This document shows, piece after piece, positions 30,591 through 62,264 of a DNA stretch of 64,000 nucleotides. How positions within the stretch are numbered: position 1 is the first letter of the stretch; each line of letters opens with the position of its first letter. The stretch lies in NCBI GenBank assembly GCA_051294375.1, contig CM119269.1, forward strand, positions 1,380,537 to 1,444,536, written 5' to 3'. The notes beneath the pieces were generated by a model. The model worked only from the letters and a program-made list of their open reading frames with translations, did no database searches and had not been told where the DNA came from. This DNA is from Paraspadella gotoi. Lineage: Eukaryota > Animalia > Chaetognatha. The translations under genes and the position numbers were made by a program.

Positions 30591-32190
30591 AACCAGATTG
30601 AATAACAAATCTTTAAAAATGTGCTTACCCATTTAACTTAACAATTTTGTTATTTACCCATTTAAAAACTTTTTTTTGTGATTACTGATGACTATAATGT
30701 ATTTCTCGATATATTATTATTAGCTGTAATACATGAATGATTACGTATTGTTATGCTGAATGACCTTTTCACTTAAACGCTCTCCAATTGTTATTGTAAT
30801 GTTTAACTTTTGATTAAAATAATTTTTCGACCGCAAAAAATCTCTATTCATAAGGACAAAAAAGGAACTATTATTATTGTTAGAGAGTATTATCGTAGCA
30901 TTTTCTTACTATCGAACGTGCCAAATAATTAAATAGAAAGCTGCAAACATTTTTAAATTCCTCAAACAAACTCGAATTGACTCTTTATAAACCATGATTG
31001 TAGCTAGAAACTATATCTAACTAATAGAATTGAAATATTTCTACTGCATTTTTTTTTTTTTTTTTTTTGAGAAAACTCAAGACAAACAAAATGAACTCCA
31101 ATGACAAGCAGGAGAAAAATCCGCCCCGCAATTATTTTCGCCGTGTTTGAACTAAATGGGGTCACTTAAAAAAAATCAAACGGATTTTTGAGTTTCTTTT
31201 CGCTTAATAATCGAGTTTCCTAAGAGAAGCTGAACATCACCAATAAATTTAAATTCGGTTTTTTTTTCTTTTTCAGAAAATATAATAGGAGTTGGGAACA
31301 TCAGAGTTCGACTCGTTGTCTTCAGATCAGGAGGAAAATCTCGGCCTTGTTAAATTTAATAATAATATATATTCATGGAAAGAAAACTCGTTTGTATTTC
31401 TGAGTGAGATAAAATGTTTCTATAATGAAATAAAAACTTCCGAGCTCCTGAAAACCACGACGACGACGCCAACTGCTATGGCAACGAGCGACATTGGCGT
31501 TGCCACTTGCTTGCTTCTGCTCCGCCTCAAACTGAAGGTAGGTCAGATCGAACGCCTGACATGAACCGGTCCTGAGTCAGAACCGAAAATGTCGCATCGA
31601 TTTTTCGTATAGCACTTCCCTTTATTTGCTCTCTCTCTCGCACACACGGTACACACCTTGGCTAAAATTGTTCATGTTTAGCGCTTATTTGTTTTGCTCT
31701 TCGATTTTCTTTTTTCACTTAGGTTCTTCTCGAAAAAATTTTCAGCTCTAGTATTTAGGTTGTACCCTATAATTTTTAAGAGAGAAGGAACTAGTCGATA
31801 AATACTAATAAATAATTGGTTAATTTTTTTTGTTACAAAGTATGTTAACTAAATAAATCAGATGTTGCGTCTCGATTTCTCCCATCGTATCCTAGGTAGA
31901 ATGAAGCATTAACCACGATTCAGTAATCGCCATTTATTTATTTTTATTACGAACTGCGAAAACGTGAAACACCTCGGAGTTCTGCGTTGTATTTGTCTGC
32001 TTTTCCAGGACTTTGGGATAAGAAAAAAAAAGACTTACGCCGGTCTCAGTCGTGCAAATATTCTTAATCTCTTATCTTATTCCGAATCGCTTTTAGCGAT
32101 TCTCTATTTTCTGGGAAATTCAGTAATAGTATTATGTTTTTTTAAAAAGAATATCAAACAAAGTATTCGCAAAAGCACTCATAAAGAAAG

Positions 32191-32986
32191 AAACATGTTT
32201 GAGCAAATAATGCCGGATCTGCCCACGATCATTATCGGCAATTAATTTATTAATTAATTTGATCCGACATGTGAGTTATTAGATATTTTCGTCATTGACC
32301 ACGACAAAAGCAACGACGATGATGGGGATGACAACAAGAATGCCGATAACGATTAATTTATTATTATTATTATTATAATTTATTAATATATAAATAAATT
32401 GATTGATTGAATAATTAATTGATTAATTTATTCTATAATTAGTTTATTAATTAATGCATCTTGCATTTACATTTAATAAAAAAAGAAAAAGAAGCATAAT
32501 CAATTAGTGAAACAGGTTTTTTGCTTTTTTCCATTTAAACTCATTTCCACTCAAGCGATTCCATCAAAACTTGATTTCCAGCTTAATCATACACTTTCCC
32601 ACCCACATACAAAATTTTAAGTCAATCACCCCATCCACTCATGAATAATTGGCATTTAAATAGTAAAATATATTTTTTGGTTTTTTCTATTTAAGCTCAT
32701 TTCCATCGAAACTTGGTTTCCAGCTTAATCACACATTTTCCTACCCACATACAAACTTTGAAGTCAATCGCCGCATAAAATCATGAGTAATTGGCGCTCA
32801 AAGTTAAGGGGGGACAGACGGACAGACAGACGGACGGAAAGCAATTTTTTTGCATAATTTATCATAATTAGATGTTCTGACATGATTTAAGTAACTTACC
32901 GACAAAATTGGGGGGCGGACCGACGGACCGACAAAGTGAATTATAGTGAAATATAGAGCCGGAATCTGCTGTAAGCAGATCCGGCT
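32191..32986 (-). mobile_element. Non-autonomous Helentron (DINE-1/HINE-like), copy 2
   Basis: Same ends and architecture as 27347-28084; GGACAGACGGACAGACAGACGGACGG tract; hairpin AGCCGGAATCTGCT-GTA-AGCAGATCCGGCT. Confidence 0.7.
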
Positions 32987-34107
32987 AAAAACTTATCAAT
33001 CAATTGTTAAAAATAAATTTAATAATGATTTTTAAAAAAGGGGATTTTATTTGAAAATGTTTGAAAGCGATTCGCATGTATTCGGTTTTTCTTATCTCGG
33101 AAGGGAAAAGAAGCAGACGATCCAAAAGCCGCCGAATGTGTTTTCGTCTAAAATTCGTGAAAGCTGCAATGTTTCTCTCGACTTCGAAGTTAAACTCTAC
33201 GAAAGAAAATAATCGAGCTCTAAGTCTGAACTACGTTAAAGAACTTCTACTTATAAATAATGGTTCAGTAAACTAGCTAAAATTCTCGTTTTAACTTTAC
33301 AGCGATTTCGTAAAAAAAAAAAACCCCATAACGTAGCCTAAATATTATTTTAGGCCGAAACAGTTTTTGGTCCTAATGATCTCAGGATCGAGATTGTAGT
33401 CTGACTCGGTCGAATCGGGGAAAGACTTCCGAAAGAGCAAAGTTTCAAAAAAGACTGATGAACTAAAAAAAAGCAAAATTAGCGATAAGCCAAAAAAACA
33501 ACAAAAAAAAAAACACAAAAAACAAAACAAACAAATAACAAAAACTAAAAAGTGGAGCGAAAAGCATCGACTTGAGACCGTTTCCAATTTTATTAAATTG
33601 TTGGAGAAGAATCTTGACGATCTCATGCGATTCAAAGCAAGAATATATATTCTTTTAGTAAGTCCTGGGTTTGATGGTTTTGGAGCGAATTTTCTTTCTT
33701 ACTCAATTTTCAATACTCATACGCGTAGAGATTACTCAATTTCTGAAGTTCTCTTTTACTTCCGAGGATAACGATTAACGTCCGTTCTCATTTTCGTTCA
33801 TAATTGTCTAATTGTTTTTACAATGCTTATTTGATATTTTTATATTCCTTTATGACTTCAAATACTCATTCACTTTCTTCTTTTTTAATGGCATAATAAA
33901 AAAATCATTTACCTGAAAAGCTTCAATTGTCGCTGTTCTTTCAATTAGATATATATAAATATATGGTAAGCAACGCGGCAGAAACTAGATAAAATGCACG
34001 GGTACGCACTAGACTAGTTTGATTATTTTTTAGTTTGAAATTGATACTCAAATTGTGAGAGTTGTGTGATTTTATTACAGATTCGTTCATGTTGTTGCAA
34101 ATTCGGG

Positions 34108-36786
34108 ATGTGGAGTCACATTTTGGGCGACGGAAAACTTTTTCCAAATGTCTCGTCAATGTTCATTTTTCTTCTTTACATGTCCCTATTCATTGCTCAG
34201 GTATTTTGGGTTTCAATGGAGCGTTATCCTAATAATATTATGTTTATCTGGTTTATCTAATTAACTGACGAAACAATTTTTCGGATGAAAGACGAATGTT
34301 CGGATGAGTGATAATATATTTTTACATAACCTCTTGTCTTTAGGGGATTTTCGTAACGGCAAGTCGGGAAGGAAAAAAAGAATACAGTTACAACACGACC
34401 ACAGTCGTTTTATTGACGGAGAGCATAAAGCTAGTGATATCGTTGTTCATCTTTTTTCATAGTGGGCATCGTGTCAGCGATTTCGCAGGTAATCCTTTCC
34501 GTCCAACGTCAATTACATAATATTGTCAAATACCAAAAAAAAAGTGATCTTGCAATTTCTAGCTATGATTTTGAAAGGCACGTTTTCGGTAATAAATGAT
34601 AATTTTCAATATCATAGTAGCATTTTTTTTTTAATATTTCAACCGCTATCAGATAAGCTTAGCACGAATTATTTTTTAATTTGCACGATTAAAAACTTAA
34701 ATTTCTAAATACGATCTTCCAATTTTATTCTCACAAACATTGCTTATTCCTGTCGTCACCCTTCCCTCGAACACTGACATAATCTAGCCCCACATCAAGC
34801 TTGCTAACTCTTTACCCTCCTAGAATACCTGCGAAGTCACGGCGCCATGCTTGCTTACTACTTTATTCCTGCCGGCTTGTACGCCATTTACAACAATTTG
34901 TCCTTTTTTTCCCTGGCCAAGTTCGATCCCACCACCTACTTCATTTTGCTCCAATTTCGCGTTATCGTCAACGGTAAAGTTTCTCTTTTTATTTATTTTT
35001 TTGACGTCGATGTTTAAGGCTTAAGTTCCTTACTATTTGCCCGGCAGGGGTAATCTTCCAGTGGCTCTTCAACAAACGCCTCTCCCCGGTCCAATGGTTG
35101 TCCCTTCTCGTTCTTACCTTTGGATGCATATTGAAGGAATTTCACAAAGTCGCGGAGTCGGTGACCAGGTGAAGGAAGGGAATGCGTTAAGGATGAGTAA
35201 ACGCTACAATGGGTCTGCAGAGGAAGACGGTGAGAAACCTAAATGCTGAAAACCGCTCTTAACTGTAAATTTTTTTTTCTTGAGGTGCCTTACCATCGGT
35301 TTCGCCGAAATCTCATTCACTATTTTTTAAAACCATGTTATTAATCATCTCTTTCCTTTTCTCCTTTCCTTTTTCATCTTGTCGAATTCATTGTTGAAAA
35401 TTCTCAGTTCGATGAAGCAGACGGAGTGGCAACACGGCCTCGTACTTATCGGCGTCCAAGTCTTGGCTTCCACATTTGCCGGAGTCTACAACGAGTACTT
35501 GTTGAAAGACAAAGGACCTGAAGTGAGTTTGCTGACGAATTCCAAGAATAAACGTGTTCCCGAAGTTTATTTTATTTTTATTTAAAAGTTTAGAAAAAAG
35601 AGTTTAGAGCGGGAGGTGAATTAAAGTTTATATTACATTATAGTTTATTTTACTTTTAATTTAGTTTATATTATTATTATTATGTTATTAATAGTTTGTA
35701 CATTTTAAATTAGAAAATAGTTAAAACGATTTATTTAATTTAAATTCATTTTTCATTCTTCAGGTAAACATGTGGTTTCAAAACTTTTGTATGTATTTCG
35801 ATTCGATTGTTTGCAACTTACTCGCGCTTTTTCTTCGCGGCGATTTCCTCAACGCATTCTCATCCACATCCATGAAACAAATTTTCCATTTCAAGGTCAT
35901 TTATTTAATCTACTGTGCTTATGTTACCTTTAGTGATAAGTTAAATAGCATTGGACATTTTAGGTGGTGGCAATAATATGCGATAACGCCGCCATTGGGA
36001 TCGTCACTGCGCTCTTTCTCAAAAACTTAAACTCGATACTCAAGGCGAGTCTTGATTTTTTTTTTTCACGCAGTAGTTTTGAAAAAAGTTTAACGTTAAC
36101 CTAACTGTTATTTTCCTTGGCGATAACTAATTTAAAACCAGTTTTAATTTGGGCTGTGCTTCCCCTTAAATTGTCACTTCTTCGTCCGCGCAGTCCTTTG
36201 CGTCCTCTCTCGAAATTATGTTCACGGCCATTTTGTGTTGGATAATCTTTTCGATCCCGATCGACGAGTACACCGTCGGCGCCATCGTCGTCGTCAGCCT
36301 CGCTCTCGGTCTCTACGCGAAGAACCCCGTCGTCAACCCCCCGAAACAATCGGTTCGATTGCGTTTGCGAGATCATGAACCAAAACGGGCATAATTTTAC
36401 TTTCGCCGACCGGAGTTAGAGGGGTTTTTGGGTTAAGGGTAATTTAGGGCTGGTTAAAGGGTGGTTAGAGTTAAGAGGGTTATGGTAATAAGGTGATATT
36501 TTTTTTTTTTAAATAAGCATTTTTAAGTAGTTTTGAAAAAGACGCCCAAACCCCGGTCGGCGTCTTTTGTTTCTTTTTACTTTTCTTTGTTGATTTTTCC
36601 TGTTTGTTATGGATTGTTAAAATTGATTCGCTCCTTATTTTTTTACCAACTTGTTGCACCAATGAATTAACATTTAATCCCGATAAAACTTCTTTTTCCT
36701 CTCTCCCTACGTTAACGCAGAACGAGGAGGAAAAACCCATCATTACATCATCCCCGCCAACTAACGGTCAACTCGCAGCAGTTTAA
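34108..36786 (+). CDS. senju: SLC35A-family nucleotide-sugar (UDP-galactose) transporter, senju-like; 9 exons
   Basis: LFP..FIFLLYMSLFIAQGIFVTAS, YNTTTVVLLTE, YNNLSF..FDPTTYFILLQFRV, FAGVYNEYLLK, FLKNLNSILKSFAS match Drosophila senju as recalled. Exons 34108-34200, 34344-34488, 34824-34973, 35048-35168, 35408-35522, 35764-35895, 35964-36044, 36194-36352, 36721-36786. Confidence 0.9.
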
Positions 36787-37613
36787 GTTAAACCAAGTTT
36801 AACCAACTTGTTTGAATTGATCTCCGTTTTTGTGGATTCAAGATTCCAATCGAAACCTTCCAGTCATCAATCGTAGTTTTAGATTTTGCCGGATTAAAAA
36901 AAAGTGCCTTCTCGTACGACTTGATTTTTAAAAAAAATTTTTAATGTAGTGTACAACATATTTATGCTAGTTAATAGCTACTATAATTTTGAGATATATT
37001 GACATCTCAATATTATTGAGATGTTGTGGACGAACATCTAGAACACGCAACCTCGGTCAAACCACATGACCTTACCAACCTTACCTCGCTCAATTCCCCC
37101 AACTTATTTATGGTCAAAACGGTTGATCTTTATGGTCAAACGTTGACCTTTGTAAATACCATTGTAATAGACTGAGCATCTGAGCATTTTGACTGTTATT
37201 GTTTATAACGTTGTTGAAGAATAAATCATTCTTACTCTGAAACTTGTTGCGTCCACACGTGGTGAGCCCGACGTGAAAAAATATAAAAAAGAAACAAAAC
37301 GAAACAAAAAACAAAACCAAAAAAAAAACAAAAAGGAAAACTACTTCTCAACAAAAACGAAACAAACTCCGCGCGTTTATCGCCGAACCAATTTTTTAAT
37401 TCAAACCATTTTTTTCTAAATTAATTTTTTAAAATTAATTTTAACGAAACCGAACAAAAAGAAAACTTTACGCGTTTTTTGCCAAATTATTTTTTTTTCT
37501 CTTTTTCTCTCTCAAATTCTCTCGATTCGAATCGTTTTTTTTTTGCCAATACAACTCTTCCAAACAAATATTTTTTTAAATCATTTTTTCAAAGTGAATA
37601 ATATTTTTTTTTA

Positions 37614-38830
37614 ATGCCGCGTTCTCATCATCCAAGCGTCACACGCCCTCCAACGCCCGCCGACGAAGAAGAAACGACAATGCCGGTGACCATGCGCAAC
37701 GCCTCCCAATCCGACAGCGCCGGCCGCGATGACGCATTCCACGACGCCGCCGCCTCAACATCCGCGACGCCCCTCGAAACGCAAATCGAAAAACTGTTTC
37801 AAATGGTATTCGACCTCAATACCAAACTCGCCGCGGTCACGGAAAGGTCGAATCTCCCTTCAGCGGACGCAAGTACCGCTTCAACGGAGTTGCCCCCTTC
37901 GGTGGAGGACGGCGCCAGCGACGCCGCCCCTGTGGGCAACCCTCACCCTCCCGTCACAAGACGACGAAACCCAAAGCTGACGACCTTTGACCCCGACCAC
38001 ATCGAGGAATGGCTAGACCACACCGCCGTGGAATTCGGCGCCACCGGCGTCACTGAGCCGGCGGAAAAAAAGGCGCAGATCCTCAGCGCCATTCCCATCT
38101 CCCGCCACCGGCTAATTCCACACGGTCTACGCATCGACGAAGGTCCCGACGCTCACAAAAATCTCGTCTCTCACCTGCAAAAGATCTATGGTGAAGATGC
38201 CAACAGGCGCGCCGCAAAGGCGTTGAAGATGACGTCGCTGAAAGGCGTCACTCCATCTCAACACCTCTCCGCGCTCGATGCCGTCCTGGAAGGCCTCACC
38301 ATTGAAAATGTCAAGGCCGCCATCTTGGCCGCCGCCCTCCCTCAAGGCGTCAGAGAGCACGCCGTCAGGAAAGACAAAAAACCCGCCGACATCGCCAAGG
38401 ATGCCGACGAGTTTTTTCTCCCTTCCGGACAACTCCGCAGCTCTGACCGCAACGCATCCACGGTAAACGCCGTCACCTCCATTGAGGTCACAGTGGACGA
38501 GCCACTGGAGCTTCCAGATGAATCAGCAAGCGACGACGACAACGGTGCCATCTCTTATGCAAATGCAGTGCGCCCGACGCCCGCCCGCGCTCAACACAGC
38601 GACCCTTCGTGCAGCAGCGCCCATCGCAGCAGCGCCCAATGCAGCAGCGGACTCAACAGCAACGACGCCCAATTCTAACGCCCCGCTCCCCCACACCGCG
38701 AACCGCCCATGGGAGAAGCCAAGTGCTTCTACCATTATAACTTTGGCGCCAACTCGTTTAAGTGCCACGGGACTAACCGCGACGGCCGCCCATGCCCAAT
38801 GGCGCCGTCAAATGCCAACGCCGCGGCCGC
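37614..38830 (+). CDS. gag: Retrotransposon Gag with CHCC-type knuckle (frameshift near 38600-38680)
   Basis: KLTTFDPDHIEEWL..EF, PSQHL, IAKDADE; KCFYHYNFGANSFKCHG...PC read at 38720-38800 in a shifted frame. Confidence 0.8.
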
Positions 38831-41800
38831 TAGTCGCCCGCGTCGCTGGCCGAAATGACTCAAAACTATTCTCCGTGCGCGACCCTGACGCCGGCCTGGA
38901 GTGGCTCGTCGACGGCGGCTCCGAGGCGACGCTCATCCCCGCCTCTGCCGCCGATCGCGCCGCCGCCAAGGCGGACCCCGCCGCCGTAAAGCGGCGCTCC
39001 GCGCCAATGCCCCGCCACTCCGCGCCGCCAAGACACGCCCATCGAAACTTTCGGCATCCGAGAGATGGGGATTCGACTGGAACGCGTTTTCCCGTACCTT
39101 GTCATCATCGCCGATGTTGCCACGCCCATTCTCGGCGCCGACTTTTGATGGAGCACCATCTCGGCGTTGATCATCAACGCCGCATCCTTCTCGATCTCGA
39201 CGACTACATGGTCATCTCTGGCCATGCTCACGATGCCGCCTCCGCCGTGGCACCGCCCCGCGTCCTTCACGTCCGTGACGCCTACTCCTCTCTTCTAGAT
39301 GGGCGGCCAGAACTCACGAAACTCGTCTTTAACTCGGCGCCGCCCAAGCACGGCGTTGAGCATCATATTCCGACGAAAGGTCCGCCCGTATTCGCCCGCG
39401 CCCGCCGCCTCGCCCCAGACCAGCTCGCCGCCGCCAAGGCCGAGTTCGAGAAGATGCTGGAACTCGGGATTATCCGGCGTTCTACATCTGCTTAGGCATC
39501 GCCGCTACACGTCACCCGGAAACCTGATGGCTCTCTCCGTCCTTGTGGCGACTATCGACGCCTCAATGGCGTCACCGTCGATGATCGCTACCCGATCCGC
39601 CACCTCATGGATTTTAACGCCGACGTCGCCGGGAAGACGGTGTTCTCGAAGATTGACCTCTGCAAGGGATATCATCAGATCCCTGTCGCGAAAGAAGATC
39701 GCCACAAAACGGCGATCATCACGCCGTTCGGCCTCTATGAGTTCCTCTTCATGCCATTTGGGTTGAAAAACGCCGGTCAGGATTTCCAACGCATGATGGA
39801 TCAAGTCCTGAGCGGCATTCCCCATGTCTTTGTCTACTTGGATGACCTGCTTGTGGCATCCCACTCACACGAAGAACATCAAGAGGATCTCAAGCGCGTC
39901 TTCAACGCGCTTGCCGACAACGGCCTCATCGTTAACCGCGCTAAATGCGTTTTCGGCGCCTCCAGCCTGGAGTTTCTCGGCTACAACGTCGACAAAGACG
40001 GCGTCCGCCCACTTCCGTCAAAGGTAGAGGCGCTACGCGAGATGGCCACGCCCACCACCGTCAAAGAACTTCAACGTTTTCTCGGGGTTTTCAACTACTA
40101 CCGCCGATTCGTGCCCCATGCCGCACATCATCTCGACCCCCTTCTTGAAGTTCTCCTCGGAAAACCGCGCGTGCTAAAATGGGCGGCCCCGCAAGACGCC
40201 GCTTTCCAGGCAATCAAGGACGCCCTTGCCGACTCCACAATGCTGGTCCACCCTATCGATGGCGCTCCTCTCGCTCTTACTGTTGACGCCTGACGTCGCC
40301 GTCGGTGCCGTCCTCGAACAGCTCGTCAACGGCCAATGGCAGCCCCTGGGTTTTCATTCAAAGCCACTGAAACCCAATCAACGAAAATGGCCACCCTTTG
40401 ACAAGGAGCTTCTCGCCGCCCACGCCTCAATTCGCCATTTCCGCCCATACGTTGAAGGGCGCCGCTTCACGCTCTTTAGCGACCATATCTCGCTCGTGCC
40501 GGCGCTACGGAAAAAGGCTGAACCTCACACCATGAGGCAAACCTATCAACTGGCAGGCATCGCTGAATATACTGGCGACATCCGTCATATCGCCGGAAAG
40601 GCGAACGTCGTCGCCGACGCCCTCTCCCGCCCGCCAATTCCTCCACCAGCGCCACCACCATCGACTATCCCTACAGATGAACCTGAAGCGAACTTGAACG
40701 CGCAAAAAGAGCGTGAGGACATCGCCGCCACCGTCAACGCCGTCGGCGCCCTCCAAGTCAACTTTGAGGCAATGGCGGCTGATCAAGCCACTGACGATGA
40801 TGTCCAACGGCTCCTCAACGACCCTCATACGGCGCTCCGACTCAAAAACGTTCCGATCAGCAACACGACACTCATTTGCGACATCTCCGGCTCCCGGGCA
40901 CGCCCACTCGTTCCGGCGTCATGGCACCGGCGCATTTTTGACGCCACCCATGGCATCGCTCACCCGGGAGTCCGCGCGTCCAAAAAGCTTGTGACGACAC
41001 GTTTTGTATGGCCATCAGCCTCATCCGACATCGCACGATGGGCAGGGTCATGCGACACTTGTCAGCGTGTCAAGACGCAGCGCCACGTCCGCGCGCCGCT
41101 CCAGAAATTCGAACCACCAGCCAAACGTTTCGCTCACGTTCATATCGACCTGGTGGGGCCGCTGCCAGCCGTCTCTGGTCATACTCATCTTCTGACGATG
41201 ATTGACCGCTTCACGCGCTGGCCGGAAGCGGCGCCACTTCGTGACACCTCCGCCGCCTCCATCGCCGCCGCCTTCTTGCAAAACTGGGTCTCTCGCTTTG
41301 GTGTCCCCTCCGTTGTCACCACCGATCGTGGCGCCCAATTCACATCGGAATTGTGGCGCCAAGTGGCGGCGGTAGTCGCTTCGACCCTTCCACGACACCG
41401 CCTACCACCCCCAATCCAACGGGATGGTCGAGCGCCTCTTCGGACGCTAAAGGCAGCCCTGCGCGCCCGCTGCGACGCCGCCGGACATAACTGGCTGGCG
41501 CAGCTCCCATGGACTCTCTTGAGCCTCCCGCAACTCCGCGAGAAGATTCGGACGCCTCCCCGCAGAGCTAATGCTGGGCGAGACTCTGACGCTCCCTGGA
41601 GAGCTACTTCCGGTCCCAACAACCGACGTCGACGCCGCCGCCCGCACGCGAATCCTCGACGATCTCCGTGCAGATGTTGCTCTCATGCAGCCTCTGCCCG
41701 CCGCTTGGCATCGGCGCCACCCTCTCATGTGCCGGAAATGCTCGCTGACGCCGACCGCGTCTACGTCCGACGCGACGGACATTCGACGCCGCTCCAACCA

Positions 41801-42148
41801 CCTTACGACGGCCCTTACAACGTCCTCGAACGTGGTCCCAAAACTTTCAAAATCGAAATACCGGGCCGCGGCGTCGAAGTGATCTCGGTTGATCGACTGA
41901 AACCTGCCGTCACCGACGAAGTCGCACCCCCTGAACCACCGCAGGCGCGACCACGTGGTCGCCCGCGTGTTTCAGCAGCTCCATCTATGCCCCCGCCTCC
42001 GGAAACGGAAGCGGCGCCACTCGCGTTTTCCACGACGCCGGCAGTTGCTCGTCGACAATCTTCATCAATCCCAGGTCTTATCAACGTCCTCCCGACGATG
42101 CTTCAGCCGCCGGAAGACGACGACGAAAACGACGACGCAATCCAATAA
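38830..42148 (+). pseudogene. pol: Retrotransposon Pol (PR, RT, RNase H, integrase) with frameshifts and a TAG at 39493
   Basis: LVDGGSE (PR), FSKIDLCKGYHQ, MPFGLKNA, YLDDLL (RT), LTVDA..VGAVLEQ, ADALSR (RH), HGIAHPG..CDTCQ, HIDLVGP, TTDRGAQFTS, PPYDGPY (IN). Confidence 0.92.
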
Positions 42149-42766
42149 CTCTTTCAAGCCTTCTCCCCACCCGGTCAAAGGCTTGGTGGGGGGATGTGTG
42201 GACGAACATCTAGAACACGCAACCTCGGTCAAACCACATGACCTTACCAACCTTACCTCGCTCAATTCCCCCAACTTATTTATGGTCAAAACGGTTGATC
42301 TTTATGGTCAAACGTTGACCTTTGTAAATACCATTGTAATAGACTTAGCATCTGAGCATTTTGACTGTTATTGTTTATAACGTTGTTGAAGAATAAATCA
42401 TTCTTACTCTGAAACTTGTTGCGTCCACAATGTTTCATTTATGTCCTTTCGAATAACAGCGTCCAGGCTATAATGGATGAAAGAGGATGGAATTTAACTT
42501 CAACTAATTTTTAAACCAGCTCGAGAGTTGATCATATTGTAATTTCTCTAAAATTGTATTGAATTTAGTCTCTTCGAAGTTTTCTTACCCTTTAAGCCAC
42601 GTTTTACGGATACCGATTTTTCAATATGATAGGCGGAAGAAAAAACTATCCGGGATTTTAAAGTGAAAAAAATATAAATGTGCATTTAAAAGTGAGGTCA
42701 ATTACTCGTTTTGGAAAGTAACTGGACTTCCGTACCGCTTCAAATGTGACCATTACTTGTCGAGGC

Positions 42767-62264
<19,498 letters not shown>

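Larger units (their letters stand above)
37025..42429 (+). mobile_element. Full-length Ty3/gypsy LTR retrotransposon, CsRn1-like clade
   Basis: 233 bp LTRs 37025-37257 and 42197-42429 (TGTGGACG...CGTCCACA), 4 bp TSD ATGT, tRNA-Trp-type PBS TGGTGAGCCCGACGTGA at 37260, PPT before the 3' LTR, order gag-PR-RT-RH-IN. Confidence 0.97.

Noticed and set aside
31270-33940. Possible minus-strand spliced gene divergent from senju
   Set aside because: Some donor-like sites and GC-richer patches, but I could not build a stop-free exon chain or recognise a protein.
39493-39495. Programmed stop readthrough in pol
   Set aside because: TAG replaces the conserved Trp of the S(P/A)WASP RT motif; simple mutation or error.
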